From assembly GCA_001949185.1 (NCBI GenBank), contig BDGG01000005.1, positions 744,001 through 808,000 on the forward strand: a stretch of 64,000 nt of DNA. The letters are read 5' to 3'. This document shows positions 1 through 14,600 of the stretch, in pieces (the stretch's first letter is position 1; every line of letters starts with the position of its first letter). Source of the stretch: Ramazzottius varieornatus. Its lineage: Eukaryota > Animalia > Tardigrada. The notes beneath the pieces are model-generated. The model saw only the letters and a list, made by a program, of their open reading frames with translations. It ran no database searches and was not told the DNA's origin. The position numbers and the translations under genes were made by a program.

Positions 1-1798
1 TTATTCCGTATAGTAATCCAGTTTAGGGTTCGTTGAATTCAGTCTGGCTCCATATCGCAGAGAAGGATAATGGACAATCTGGCATAAAGAGCAAACAGAT
101 AAAGACGAAGGCGCTGAGAATCGGAAGTAGTGGCGCAGTTAGGAAAAAGTAGCTTTTGTCGGTTCGGACAATTTATGAGGGGGTAATTATGATTTGGTAA
201 AAGTATGCGGACCACAAGAAAGAGGAGAACGGCCATAAGTACCTTCACGGTCTTCACCACAATGACATCCGTGTGGAAACACACCAACGTGAACACGCTG
301 ACACTGCACGGCGCGCGCAACAGGTGCGTCACCCTCGTACCGTACTGTACATGCACGTTGCCCAACTTTTGCATGCGACAAGTGAGATCATTTTCATAAA
401 CGTCACTTCTGCCCTCAACAACCACAAAGCCGTCCCACAAAACTATAGCCCACAGAGATTCTAAATATTTGCTGCCGACGGCTAAGAATTGAGTGACGTG
501 GAAGACGTGGAAGAATCCCGACTACGCGACTATAAACGGGTCACGGGTTCTGATGGAACGCAATTCTGATGGAAAGTATTTCCTTCAGAAGCTTTTCGAA
601 CCCAAACAGTGGTAAACACGATGCCTATAGTCGTTCGATCCACAGTTCGGAATACTTGGTGCGACTAAAGCTTGATGAGGAAGAGCTGACGGAAGGCTTT
701 CCACTTGGTGCATAGATGGCGCTGCTCAGTATGTAAAATCCATCAGCTCGCACTTCCGGTTCTACGAACGAGAAAAACTACGGATCTAGCAAAGCAGAAT
801 GTAACATTCGTCCATGGAATATGGCAATAGGGATACTCGACAAGCATGAAGAGAGGTTTCAGCAGTTTCAGCACTTACGGCATGCTCAGTGATGGAGGAA
901 GTAAAAGTGAAGCTCGCAGGGTAAGAAGGCATCGGTGGTGGAAGACCGCACACTTTGGCATTGTCGACACAAGTTCCGTTGGGGTACATATCGAGGTTTA
1001 CCACATATAACGGCAACAATCATTATGGAAAGGACCCCTAGCTTTGAGCAGCTTCGCAGACAAATGCTGAGATCCGCACCGCCAACCGGTTTGGCAGCTA
1101 GGAAGAACTTTTCTCTATGAGGTTAACCTGGCCAAATAACGCGCAGGAATGAATTGGTCTGACGCAGCAGCTGCCTCAAAAGTACCTACCTGCCAGCCAG
1201 CAGCCAACTCTCGTGCCGGATTGTTGACAATGCTGTCTGACGAGCTGTGTTAGGAGATGTACTTTGCCATTTCCAACAACGAACCAACCTTCGAAGACCC
1301 AACCTTCAACGTGAATGCTTTGACTAGACGCTTACGTAAGCTAGATAGCGCAGCTATGCATATACCTATACAGCAACAAGCCATAAGCCATAAGACAAAA
1401 CCTAACCACAAAATTGTTTTGCGGTTTTGGGTGAGTGACACGGAAGGTTCCTCGACTGATGTATGCACACGTATAAATTTAACCATGTTCGCTGGTGCGT
1501 GTATAACGCGAAGAGCCATTTGTTGCACGTAAGCACCTTATTCGTACTTACCTACCCTCGTAATGCTTTTCAGGGCCTGTATGGCCGGAAGGAACCTGCC
1601 AGGAGACCAGGATAACGTAGCTGTACTAGCCTCTGGTCTTTCCTATCAGGTTGGTCGATGTGACTTTGCGCTTTTTCGACGTGTAAATTTGAAAAATCAT
1701 ATCGTTGAACTGGGTCGGAGTTTTGATCTGGTTTCTCGTTTGTAACACAGAACAAACTACAGTGTTCTAAGCGATTGCGTGAAAGTTCCGATCGCGCT

Positions 1799-1875
1799 CG
1801 CAGTTACTGTAAATATTCGCAGTTACTGTAAATATACTATAAATACTGCGCGGATGCAGCGAATATTTACAGTAA
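1799..1875. repeat. Short tandem duplication plus TA-flanked inverted repeat (MITE-like hairpin)
   Basis: CGCAGTTACTGTAAATAT occurs twice (1799, 1818). TTACTGTAAATATTCGC (1804-1820) is the perfect reverse complement of 1859-1875. The TA-CTGTAA end matches that of the 41455-41600 element. Confidence 0.6.
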
Positions 1876-2574
1876 TTTCAAAAAACGGTTTTCGGTATTA
1901 CCGCTTTCTGCAGATTTTGCTCCACTTTACAAGAAAACTTCTTGTGGCCCAACTAAACGAGTGAGAACAATGCATATAACAGGTGATAACAGCCCAAAAG
2001 GCAGCGCGGTCAAACAGCCGTTTCGGTTTACTTCGAGACACTTTGGCTAAGAATATAGCCAGGTAGAAATTTACCCCCACGAAACTGCCGCACACAAAAA
2101 AAGCTCGACGTACCACCCCGCAATTTTACAAAACTTTGTTTTTCCGAAATCAGCGTTTGTTTCTTCCATAGTTTATCGCCTTTGGTTTGTATCAATAGTT
2201 CAAGTTATGCAGTACGGCACACAGACACCAGTTACCACTTCTGGGGAAGTAGTAACTGGTTTTGTCGTAAAAAAATTGCGAACACACCCTGGTCAAAACT
2301 GAGCGCTGCTGCTCACATCATTTTTCCTATTTTCTCCTCCGTCTGAGTTGCTTTGGTTGTAGTTGAGAAAAATCGTAGGGATCGTACAAACTGAAAACTT
2401 TTCTTGGCGTGGTGGAAAAACGTTACCAACAGTCGCGTCCACACAACGCAAACTCCTATCGACCGACCTGATATTTCCGAAGGATTTCTTGCGTTCGGAA
2501 TGCATTCCAGAATTCTTTTTCAATCAAATAAGCACTAAAAACATACACAACATATAGATAAACACTGTCAAAAC

Positions 2575-2697
2575 AGTCACGGCAACCTTTGAGATGGGAG
2601 GGAAAAGATCGACAAGTGGCCCACGCTTTTAGCCAAAAACACTGAAGACGTGCGCCACTTGGGATGTGATCTTACTGGGTTTGTTTGCCGAGCTCCC
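2575..2697. mobile_element. ~120 bp palindromic MITE family A copy
   Basis: Core CAAGTGGCCCAC...GTGCGCCACTTGGG (2613-2663), right flank GATCTTACTGGGTTTGTTTGCCGAGCTCCC. Confidence 0.7.
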
Positions 2698-2787
2698 ATT
2701 TACACAAAAATATTACAACCTTCAGTAGCGAAACAGAGTAGTGGAGGAGGACCCGTGACAGAGGTAAGACACAAGGGGAACAGGTTA

Positions 2788-3186
2788 CTAACTAGCGACT
2801 TCTTCGGTGGCGGGTTTAGGAGCTCTCGGCTTGGATGGACGAAGAGCGGGATTCTGAGGCGGAGGTAGGTGGTACTTCTCTCGAATCTCATCAGGACTGA
2901 TGTATTCATCCATGAGCTTCTTTCCGGTGATGTCAAATCGGAGGACTCTGGCACCGTCAATGTTCAGCGTTCGTGTGTAGAACTCCGCGTCCGTTTCGTT
3001 CAGACCATTAGGGCTCCGTGTGGAGTTCCTCCACTTCGTATACGCGACTATGGATATCACAAAGCTAGTAAAAGCTAAAATATTGTAAGCTCGACCCAAA
3101 CGCGTGTCCCATTTCTTGGCGATATCGTAAGGGATAGGCGTCGTAGTGTCCCGAATTAACTTGCGAAGACGCCAGAAGCGCAACAT
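2788..3186 (-). CDS. Small single-pass membrane protein (132 aa), possibly SMIM26-like and mitochondrial
   Basis: Intronless ORF with a basic amphipathic N-terminus (MLRFWRLRKLIR) and W-x-x-R-L-x-x-x-Y followed by a hydrophobic helix. The family assignment is tentative. Confidence 0.6.
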   Translation of the reverse strand: MLRFWRLRKLIRDTTTPIPYDIAKKWDTRLGRAYNILAFTSFVISIVAYTKWRNSTRSPNGLNETDAEFYTRTLNIDGARVLRFDITGKKLMDEYISPDEIREKYHLPPPQNPALRPSKPRAPKPATEEVAS

Positions 3187-3232
3187 GATGAAGGAAGATT
3201 AGTGTCACTGATTCGCTATAGACGCTCAAACT

Positions 3233-3454
3233 TTAGTTGGAAGGCACTGCGGGTGAATCTTCACTCTTTTTCGGCTTCTCCATATACTTCCCGGAACGCC
3301 AATACCGCCAAGCTTCGATGAAAGGATGTGGTCGGACGTCCCTCGGATCGACAAAGCCGGGATTCTTCTGGATTTCCCACCAAGCCCAGTGAATACCAAC
3401 GATGGTAGCGACTCCCGCAATGATGACGGGAAGACCTGAGCTATTATGGACCAT
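3233..3454 (-). CDS. Small single-pass membrane protein (73 aa), unknown function
   Basis: ATG at 3454 gives MVHNSSGLPVIIAGVATIVGIHWAWWEIQKNP. It is preceded by an ATG-free 5' exon with a GTAAGT donor near 3595 and a TTTCAG acceptor near 3519. Confidence 0.6.
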   Translation of the reverse strand: MVHNSSGLPVIIAGVATIVGIHWAWWEIQKNPGFVDPRDVRPHPFIEAWRYWRSGKYMEKPKKSEDSPAVPSN

Positions 3455-4478
3455 GACCTGCTGGGGATCCCCGCTAGGCTTCACATTCGGCGACAACGCT
3501 GGGCTATTCAGCAATAGCCTGAAAGAACATCAGCCGGGAATCCGACGGAGGGCAGAAGTCCGATATCTTTTTCTTGCTACGATAGCGGACTTACCTATAT
3601 AGACACGACACTTCCGGTGAGGTGATAAGAGGCTAGTCTTCTTTCCTCGGCCGAGAATGATGTGATAATCCTCCGTTGGTTCTCCCAACTTAATGGGTGA
3701 ACTTCCCTGATATCACGATGCAGACGACAAACGAGCAGAAGGTGAAGAATCTAGAGCTCGAGATCGCCCCTGGAGTGTCAATTGTTAAACGGATTTCCCG
3801 GATTGCGAATTGCGATTTCGTGTCCGATCAGCTGTTTTAGGCTGCGTTTCGCCAGTGCTCGACAGGTAAACGTTCCGGTACACGGATCAGGACGCTGTTG
3901 CGAATTTACTTGGCCTGCCAAAAAGCCATCCCTCGATCAGAATCAATGCTAACAATCGTGTATTTTGTCTTCTGATCAGCTAATCAAGCCTTGGGATTCA
4001 TGATATCTCAGCGCTTTTGACAGGGCCTTTCCATGCTTTACGGAATGTTCACCTGCCGAATACTGCGTTTCGCAAGTTAGCCCTAGTTCATAACCCGACA
4101 CGTGATTGCTGACGTCAGGGCTAAGAACTAGCATTAGAAAGATGCTTGAAATAGACAAGCTTGGACAATCAAATTGCACTGTCATTTACACGTGCTTGAT
4201 TGAATCGGGTTAACCGTCAATTAGCCTGCTCATGCTAGTTAACCATTAACCCAGCACCTACCCCGTTTGTGACATTGTCAGTCAGGTGTGCAAAAGCTAG
4301 TTGTTAATTAGGATTTTTGACTCACGAAACGCTGCCAGGTGCGTTTCGTATTTTAACCCTAGTCGTTATGATGGACCCAAAATTTCGTTTTGGCGCTTTT
4401 CCTCCTGACAATCGAGATTATGATTGCTCTTTCATCATCCGACTCTTTTGCTCTACTGGTGAGAATCTTGTCCTCATA

Positions 4479-5120
4479 ATGCCAGGTACCGGAGGAAAGC
4501 AGAAGGAAAAAGCACCGAAGGAGGGACAAGCTCAAGACGAGGACGATACGCCAGGCCATTTCACTGTAGCCCAGACGAAGTAAGAAACCGATCTACGAAC
4601 TTGTTATCAACTGATGCTTATGACTGGTCACCCGTTTCTAAATGCGGATTCTGCTTGTCGGTGTCTGATCCACGTTGATCTGCGTGAGCTTAACGACGAG
4701 TTCGTCCGATGTACCTCCAAGATAAGTTATTGGCGACAGGTACGGGACGTCCTGATCGAAATATTTCCTAACCTCAAGAGGACTCCAGCACAAGTTTGAA
4801 AAAACTGGCGCAATCTGGACAAGACCTACAGAAAGAAGGAGAAAAGTAAAACAGGTCTAGGTGCGCAGACATGGCCTTACTTTCACTTGATCGACGCAGA
4901 AAGACGCGATCGAGCAGATATCACACTTGACGGAATGTCAAACATTGGTGGTACGTGTGCTTCTGCTGAAATTTACGTTTGGGTGATTCTTTTGGTTGAA
5001 CCATCACTTTACGATGTAAATGTTGATGACTGTGTGTAGGTGAGAACAACGCCACGGCTCTGTCAGACTTCACCGGTGATCTGCACGCAGGGACAATGAC
5101 ATGGATGATCCAGAAGTAGT
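4479..5120 (+). pseudogene. Harbinger Myb/SANT-like (trihelix) DNA-binding protein, disrupted
   Basis: YWRQVRDVL...KRTPAQV*KNWRNLDKTYRK...WPYFHLID trihelix signature, with an in-frame TGA at 4797-4799. The 3' end is approximate. Confidence 0.8.
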
Positions 5121-5149
5121 CTGGCCAATTGATTGTGACGATGCAGTAT

Positions 5150-6019
5150 TCTCGCAAATGAGCGAATATTCTCGCATCGTGGACTTGGCCAGGTGTGCCA
5201 GTCGACACATGTAGAAAACGACCAGAATTTGAAAATGCATCATACAGTATTTAACTGCGTATGAATATCACGAGCGGAAAGAAAATACTTACTGTTCAGG
5301 ATCAGCAAGAGCTTGCATCACAACGCTGTAGGTATGATGGCGGTTTACGTACTCGTCACGCCTTTTCTCCGGAGCTGGACAGTAAACGTGACGGCCATCC
5401 ACCGCCCCAAAAACACGGACACTTCCGCGAACCGACGAAATTTTTCCATTGTTTCGAGCACCATCAGGTCCAGCTGAACTGCTGGAGGCTCCTTTACAAC
5501 ATCTGGATAGGCGTGCTTCACGGCCGAGACAAAACGTCTCACGTACTTGAAAGCTGTTGACTTCCCATTGCCAAACACCCCAATACACTTACTTTAGGAA
5601 GTACCCTTGGTTAAGTAATGCAGGTCACGAGCAACCTGAAGCTCCAGTGGGTGCTCTGGACGTCCTAAAAGGGAATCTCTCGTAGGCTGTAGATACGGCT
5701 TAAGACCTCGTAGTAGCTTCGCGAATGTCGAACGCTGCACTCCGAAAAATTTCTTCAGATCATCGTCGTCGTCACGGTAAAGCTCCCAGAAGGCGTGTCT
5801 CTGTTGTGCGCGGACCTTGTAGAATGGTGGTTGACGATTCAATGACGAGAGCAGCGACGAAGCAGTGGCGCAATTACGAATAACATTGCAGATCAGTTCG
5901 GCTACAGCTGACATCTGGCCTTCCGTGAGAACGGTTATCTGGTCGACTTCCGGTGGACGTTGGGGAGCTGCCGTAACGGCGATGTTAACGGCCAAGAGTT
6001 GGTTGGACAAAAGATCCAT
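5150..6019 (-). pseudogene. Harbinger (HARBI1-like) DDE transposase, disrupted and truncated
   Basis: FFGVQRSTFAKLL, FGNGKSTA, GAVDGRHVYCPAP...YVNRHHTYSVVMQA and PGQVHDARIF motifs. In-frame TAA at 5594-5596 and a frameshift near 5410. The downstream GDxxY and Glu catalytic segments were not found. Confidence 0.85.
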
Positions 6020-7041
6020 AGTTCGTTCGAAAAGCTAGCGAACACGGGAAAAAAGGCAAGTACTCGGTGATCGATAGACCATGGAAAACTGCCATGAGAA
6101 GAGCGGGGTAGAGGTCAACCAGCATATTTATGCTAGTTAAGCGGGTAGGCTCTTTTCAATGGGATGTGGTTGATAACTTGAGTTGTCAACTCAAGTTGTT
6201 CATAAAGCAACCACGGTTAACAACTACATTGGGTTGCAGCGGGTTGACCATAACGTATGGACTTCGTAAATGCATTGCGGTTGATTTTCGTTGACCTGGG
6301 TTGGGTTAATGAAGAGTGGCTTTGTGAACGCCAGTTCATCATAATATTATGGTCGACCAGGGTTGATAACCACTTACGGAACGCAGCCTTAGACTAACTA
6401 CTCTGAACACGTAGCTCGGCCTGACATAGTAGCCGTCTTATCGAATGAAATGGATTAGCTGACCTGCTTTGCGTGCCAACGAAATTCTGTCTATTAATAT
6501 AGAGAATGCGAGCGAAAGCGCACTAGCACAATTCGACACGCACAGGAATATCGTGATATCATAGGAACAAGTTCGTCTCGTAGGCTCTGTGTTAAAAGAG
6601 TCACGCAATGTATGATGTCACGATGGTCCTGTGCGTATCGAATTGTGCTAGTGCATTTTCGCTCGCAATCTATATAATATTTACGAATCTCTGGTATGCT
6701 TTGGCGTGTTTCCTTTATGTAGCGGCAAATTTGGCACAAAATTTTCCCCTTCCGCCCTGACGAGTGACGACAGGTTTAACGGAGAAGCGAAGTCGTTTTT
6801 GTTGGATTAACCAGAGTATCACTCTGGATTAACTCTTACATATCTTGTGTTTCGCAGGTATTCTAGGTAGGATCGACCGCTGCGCTGCGTCGATCCAGAC
6901 TGGAAGTACAGGATAACTCCACCAACAGCAAGCAGCGAGCGACGAAGTGGAAGCATTCTGCTGATTCGTATTCTCCTAAGACTGTCCTTCTGAGCAAGTA
7001 GCGGTTCTTGTTAGCAGACAACAGTAAACTCAGCCTCACTG

Positions 7042-7991
7042 ATGAATTTATTGCAAGACTCGGTGGGGGAGTTCAGTGTGAAAGCAACGACTTCAGCCGA
7101 CCTCTTCGTTGGATGCTTAGGTAAGTCTTACTTCCAGTGAGATGATGTTATGCAGTCTGATAAGCCGGGCTCATGCTGACGGTCTCTCGGCTGTCGTCCG
7201 CAGTACACCGTTTTTAATCAAGGCTCGTTGTTACAGAAAACGTTATTCACTACATCCTGATGAAGCGTCAGGTCTATCCACGCGACAAGTTTCAAGACAT
7301 CCAAAAGTCCGGGATGAATATGGTTCTCCTCTCCGATACTTTCCCGTCCGAATACATCACCAAAATGTTACGCGCAGCTCGAGGTAAACGTCTGTTGATG
7401 CTTTATGAGTACTTCACTTATCTCCGTCGGTCACTATATACTTCTTCTGCAGATTACCTGGACCGCGGCGAGCTCGACCGGGTGGTTCTGTGCATAATTG
7501 GAATAGCGTCGGGGGAAGTTATGGAACGATGGCAGTTCAGCGTTGATCGCTCGGAAGTTCCCAAGGAAAGTACCGAGTAAGTTCGTCGCAAGACTGCAGT
7601 CTAGTACTCCTCGTATCTGAACAGATCGAAGTGCTGAAAAATCATGTTGCTTGTTGCTTGTAGGAATCCTGAAGTGGTTAACCAGGTCTACAACGAGACA
7701 GCTCAGTTCATCAAGCAAATAGGCGTTTCCTTCATGCCTCCTTTAGACTGTTACTGTTCCTTCAAAATTTTGCTATACGTGGCCAAAGCTGCAAGTCAAC
7801 CTGACGAGAACTGGGAGAACTCTCATCCCCATTACGTCGACGAGAAAATGGAGGCGTCTTTGGACCTACGGCCGGTAAATGTTCCCCATCACAAGCTCCA
7901 AGCTGTCGTCGTCTACAAGAATACCGACATGTCTTTCGTATCTTTTGCTTCCTCTCAATCTCAGTCGTATGCATCTGCCTCATCCAATTAG
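7042..7991 (+). CDS. Mad2-like HORMA-domain protein (4 coding exons, divergent)
   Basis: ILMKRQVYP..F, SGEVMERWQFSV, CSFKILLY, WENSHPHYV and HKLQAVVVYK align with MAD2L1 motifs. Confidence 0.8.
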
Positions 7992-8306
7992 GGTTCGAAA
8001 TTTTTCCCGCCTAATATGGTCACTCAACTCTCGTTCTCATCGAGTTACGAAACCATGATCTAAGTTTGTCTTTTGCTGTTTTCATATCGGATTTTCGTTG
8101 ACTTCGATTCTCTTCGCTAACTTCTCAATAAGTATATAAATAACCACCCGCACTTGTAAGCATGTTTATTTCGAGCATAACAAAAAAACAGTATTGCTAT
8201 TAGTAGACAAAAGAACGAATGTCGGTACGATTCAGAACGATTAGGAAAGGTGCGAAGAAGAGAGAGGTCGTTCGGCGATCAGCTTCTACGATGGGATGTC
8301 TTGGTC

Positions 8307-10342
<2,036 letters not shown>

Positions 10343-10833
10343 GGCGATCCTCAGGATACGTTCAACTGAAAGTAAAACAGTCCACTAGAGAAGAGTGAAT
10401 TGCGGGTTTGCGATTCCAGAAAGGCGGAGACGGTTGCTGGCCACACCCTAAGCGACTACTACGTACGTTTGATTTAATCGCCAGCTTGATTTACGCACTG
10501 GCTACGATCCCAATTATTTTCCGAACGTCCGGGGTCGTCCGCAACCGGAAGTGACTTTGTATTTCTGTAATTCTGTTTGCTCAAGTTCCTGTTGGCGTCG
10601 CTGTGCACTGTGGACACGTAGCTACCTGAGCAACGTCCTCCTCGTTCACCAAATGCTGAGGTCCTAAGGTGAGCCGCGGATCTAAGATCAAGTTTGCTAG
10701 TGTACTGTAAACTTGTGGCCCTCGTTCTTGAGTTAACTTCTGCGTATACTCTCTTTCGAGGGTGCTTGATTTGGGTTCTGGTTTTAGAGGCTCGCCGGAA
10801 GTTCAGACCACGCGGAAACGCGGGAGTTTCACG
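10343..10833. promoter_or_regulatory. Probable bidirectional promoter between UAP56 and SOSS-B
   Basis: Divergent ATGs about 490 bp apart, each with an apparent 5'-UTR intron. An ETS-type CCGGAAGT sits near 10545. Confidence 0.4.
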
Positions 10834-11370
10834 ATGAGTGAGATAATCCTTACCGCATTAAAAGACTTCAAACCGAGTTCCAAGAATATAAACTTCATTA
10901 CGATGGTCTTGGAGCCAATTGGTGTGTTGCACCAGACCCGGGAAGGGGAACAAGTCAGGACGTTTAAAGTGGCCGACAAGACAGGATCCATCAACTTGTG
11001 CATCTTTGGAGAAATGGGTGGTTACTTGAAACCGGGCGACATCATTCGCGTCAGAGGTTATGCTTCTCTTTTCAAAGGTTCCTTGACTGCTTACGTAGGC
11101 AAGACTGGAGAGATTAGGCGTGTTGGCGAGTTTTGTTTGCCCATCTCTGAGGTCCCCAACATGTCCGAAATGAACCTTTTCCCACCACTTCCGGTCCACG
11201 TTCAAGGCCAGGGACCGGAAAGGGCAGCTCCGCCCAACGGGGGCAACTTCCACCAGCAACACAGTGCGAACTTGATGCTAGCAGCTGCCGTAGAGCCTCG
11301 TGTGGCTCACTTTCCACAGCCTGATCAAGGAGGACTTCCATCTCAGATAAACAAATTTGGTACACGGTAG
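10834..11370 (+). CDS. NABP: SOSS complex subunit B / OB-fold ssDNA-binding protein (NABP1/2-like)
   Basis: KDFKP..KNINF, VRTFKVADKTGSINL, LKPGDIIR, GYASLFKG and VGEFCL..SEVPNMSE. The true ATG is at 10834. Confidence 0.93.
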   Translation: MSEIILTALKDFKPSSKNINFITMVLEPIGVLHQTREGEQVRTFKVADKTGSINLCIFGEMGGYLKPGDIIRVRGYASLFKGSLTAYVGKTGEIRRVGEFCLPISEVPNMSEMNLFPPLPVHVQGQGPERAAPPNGGNFHQQHSANLMLAAAVEPRVAHFPQPDQGGLPSQINKFGTR

Positions 11371-11666
11371 AACAGGCAAGAAGTCAAGTGCTTTCTTCAG
11401 CTCGCTTTGCATACTACTCTGATTGAAATCTGCTCACAAAACAGAATCCTGAGAGGCCTTCAAGACAGTGGGATTTTTCTGGAATCTCGTTTTTACGGAA
11501 TTTCTTTACTGATTTTCGGTTTTATATATTTCAGAGCTTGCCTTTACAGTAGTACCTTCTTTTGTTTCTCTTCAGTTGGATCTCTTTATCGGATCCGACA
11601 GTGGGGTGAATTTCATGCAAGAAAGGAAATATGGACAGTGGCGTGAGGTAAATCACTAAAACATTC

Positions 11667-14600
11667 CTAGGAGATTAGAAGGACTTGTAGGTCCATGGCG
11701 TTGGTTCCAGTCAAGCCCGTGAACAGCAAAGACCCAAGAGACCGACAAGTAGAAAAGAAAGCATACGAATCATTGTTTCCCAAGGACTTGTTAGCGTGAC
11801 CAAAATCTTCCGCTCTCGCGGAGGAGAAAGGAAAGTTAATTTGAGCGCCGGCGGCATCCGTGTTGTCTTGACCGTCCGTTCCACAGCTGGCGAAGCTTCC
11901 ACGAAGGTTCTTCAGACTTTCGCTTAACTCACCACTCAGTCCATACAGCTCCATTGCGAAAGCTAGAGCCATTTCCTGATTTCGACCACCCTTTCCGTGT
12001 CCGGTCACAGTTACCGTAGTCTCTCCTCCAGCCACGATACAAACAGGCAGATTCCAGTCGATCACAGGCGACAAAATTCCGTCCGATGGAAAGTAGGAGA
12101 AGCTAGGTTGTTCAGTCGTTAGACCCGAGCGGTAGGCAGCGACGTTCTTGACGATCAAAGCGAAATCCTTTGCTGCATCTCGGCAGTTCCCCTGAAGCCG
12201 GTTGGTCAGAATGACAGCTTGGTACCCTAACTGAATGGCTGTCCGCTTACAGACATTCAAGGCCAGTGTGTTGTTTCCGACCAGAATGTTGTTGCCTAAT
12301 GTCGAAGGAAGGGTACTCGGAGCGGAGTCGTCGCGTGAAAGGACTTCACGGACGTTTTCAGGAGCCGAATCCCACACTCCATAGGCCTTCACTATTTCAA
12401 CAGCATCGAGGTTCCTGGAATTTCCGGGTACAGTGGGCCCACCTCCGATGAGTTCTAATGGGTCTCCGATTATATCGGACAGGATCAACGAAGCCCACAT
12501 GACCTCACTGGAGATATGTTGGGCCAGATGTCCGCCTTTGATTTGCGACAACCGCCCGCGAACCACGTTGAGGTCCTGAATCGGCGCGCCTCTTGATGCT
12601 AGGGTCTTCGTCATCCACAGCTTTTCTTGGAGAGTTACTGGAGGAACTGGTGCACAGAGTAATGCAGAAGCTCCTCCGGATATCACGCATAGTAAGATAA
12701 CCGGATGTTGGACCTTCGAGACGAACTCGATGGCGGCTTTCGAGCTGCGTATGGAATCTTCGTTTGGTAAGTTGTTCCTTCCGGCGAAGAGTACCAGAAC
12801 GTTACATTCCTTCAGATGTGCCAGCCTGTAAAATAAGAAATAAACTAACAAACAATCTACACTGTTGGAGTTATTACGGTACTCGGACCGGTCAGAGTTC
12901 TCAGCTTGGGCTGCCGCTTCCGTAGGAATGATGAGTAGACCATCCTTCACGTGGTCCTTCAGTACGCCATACACAGATTCAAACATCCCCAGGGCTGCTT
13001 TACCAGCTCCAAGTAAACATACATTCCCGTTCACCTTTTGTGCGAACTTTTCCTCTCCACTGAAGTCGTATATTCGAACGGTAGAGTCCGAATCGACAAC
13101 CACGTGCTTCTTGATGAGAGCTTCCGGCTTGACTGCTTCTATCCCAGCAGTAACGATGTTCAAAGCAGCGGCTTGTGTACTAATGACGCGACATCGAAGT
13201 CTTTCACGATACTCCAAGGAACCATCGGTGTCCTTATGACAAAGTGCATCCGCAAACGACATAAGCGGAAAATTCTCTCGGGTTCTCTCGATCATTTTAC
13301 CCTTCGTGATTGAATGGACGATTCGCAGACTTTCAAGGAACGACTGGCCGGGGTACTTACATACTGGAAAGAATCTCACTGTCCAGAGCGACACGTTACC
13401 TTTGTGCTCGGAAGGCAGAACCTCATCAAAGTCTGTAAGGAACGACGAGAAGGCGCTGCCGAAGATCCTCAGCAGCGCCACGTTATTCCGAGGTACTTCC
13501 GCCTTGATATCATCTGCAATTCCGCAAAAGACCGTCACGAACAGGCGTTGACCGTTCACCGACACGACGACCGTATGCATTAGGGTTCCACAAGGCACGA
13601 TGAGTTTTTCGTCAGTGGTCCATGACCCTCCGGACTCGTTGCTGCAGTTACTGAGCAGGCAGTAAGCTTCGACCTGTAACGGTTGGAGAAAGCAACAGTA
13701 CTCCAGGACAGACTGCGGTGAGATGGAGCTCTTCTCATTAACTATGGAATGCATAGTGGTTGTATTGATGCCGAGAGATGCCTGAAGTTGTCGATCGTCG
13801 ACTAAGGCATCCAAGTACTCCCGCATAGTGCCGAGATGGATGAAGCGGGACTGCGGTAGGAAAAGTACTTGGATGGGAACGTCGTGAAGAGTGTCGAACA
13901 GAGCCCTCCGGACAGACCTCATCTTCTGATCTTTGGTCTTCTCGATGTATTTCTCATCAGCATCTGTTCAACAAAAAGACGTTAGAATCCCAACCCGCAA
14001 TTCCATATCCATCGAATATAATGATGGAATAAAATATCACTTTGGATTAGTTTAGTCTGAGTTGGTGGTTACAAACCTTTTCCGAGGGGGCGCATGAAGT
14101 CTCCGTAGCAGTCAACTTCCACTTCCGGTACGCCATATTTCCGGTAGAATCCGAATAGCTTCTCAGCCACGTTCATGTCCATCCAGTAAGCACTGTCGCT
14201 TATCACGCAAGGTTCCGAACGGGCAGAATCCTCACCGCCGGGTTCGCTGCTTACATCCAGCACAGCTCCTCCTTCTTTCATCTCTTCGATAGATGGCTTT
14301 TGGAAAACCTTAGAGCAGGAAAGAAATGCTGGCTCCTGGTTCGTCACGCTCCTCTCGCACACGAAGACTCCATGGGTCGTGCCGATGTGTAAGCTGGAAG
14401 GATGCCCCAGGGCGACGAAGCCCGAAGCGGAAGTTAGATGAGCGGGTGGTGGAGAGTCTAGCACGAAGAGCTCGAGGTCGTCGGACGCCGTAACAAAGAT
14501 TCCAGGCTGCATCAGCGGAATGAAAGGCAAGTACATGGAGAGCTTCAAATCCAACATATCCCAGTCACCGCCAAACCCTGCAGCGTGAAAAACGAACCGT

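Larger units (their letters stand above)
3840..6388. mobile_element. Defective PIF/Harbinger DNA transposon
   Basis: 18 bp TIRs GGCTGCGTTTCGCCAGTG (3840-3857) and CACTTACGGAACGCAGCC (6371-6388) match at 15/18. TTA target duplication at 3837-3839 and 6389-6391. Convergent Myb/SANT-like and DDE transposase genes lie inside. Confidence 0.9.

Noticed and set aside
1-1760. Several short ORFs and possible minus-strand exon fragments
   Set aside because: No recognisable motif or consistent spliced frame could be built. A lineage-specific gene cannot be excluded.
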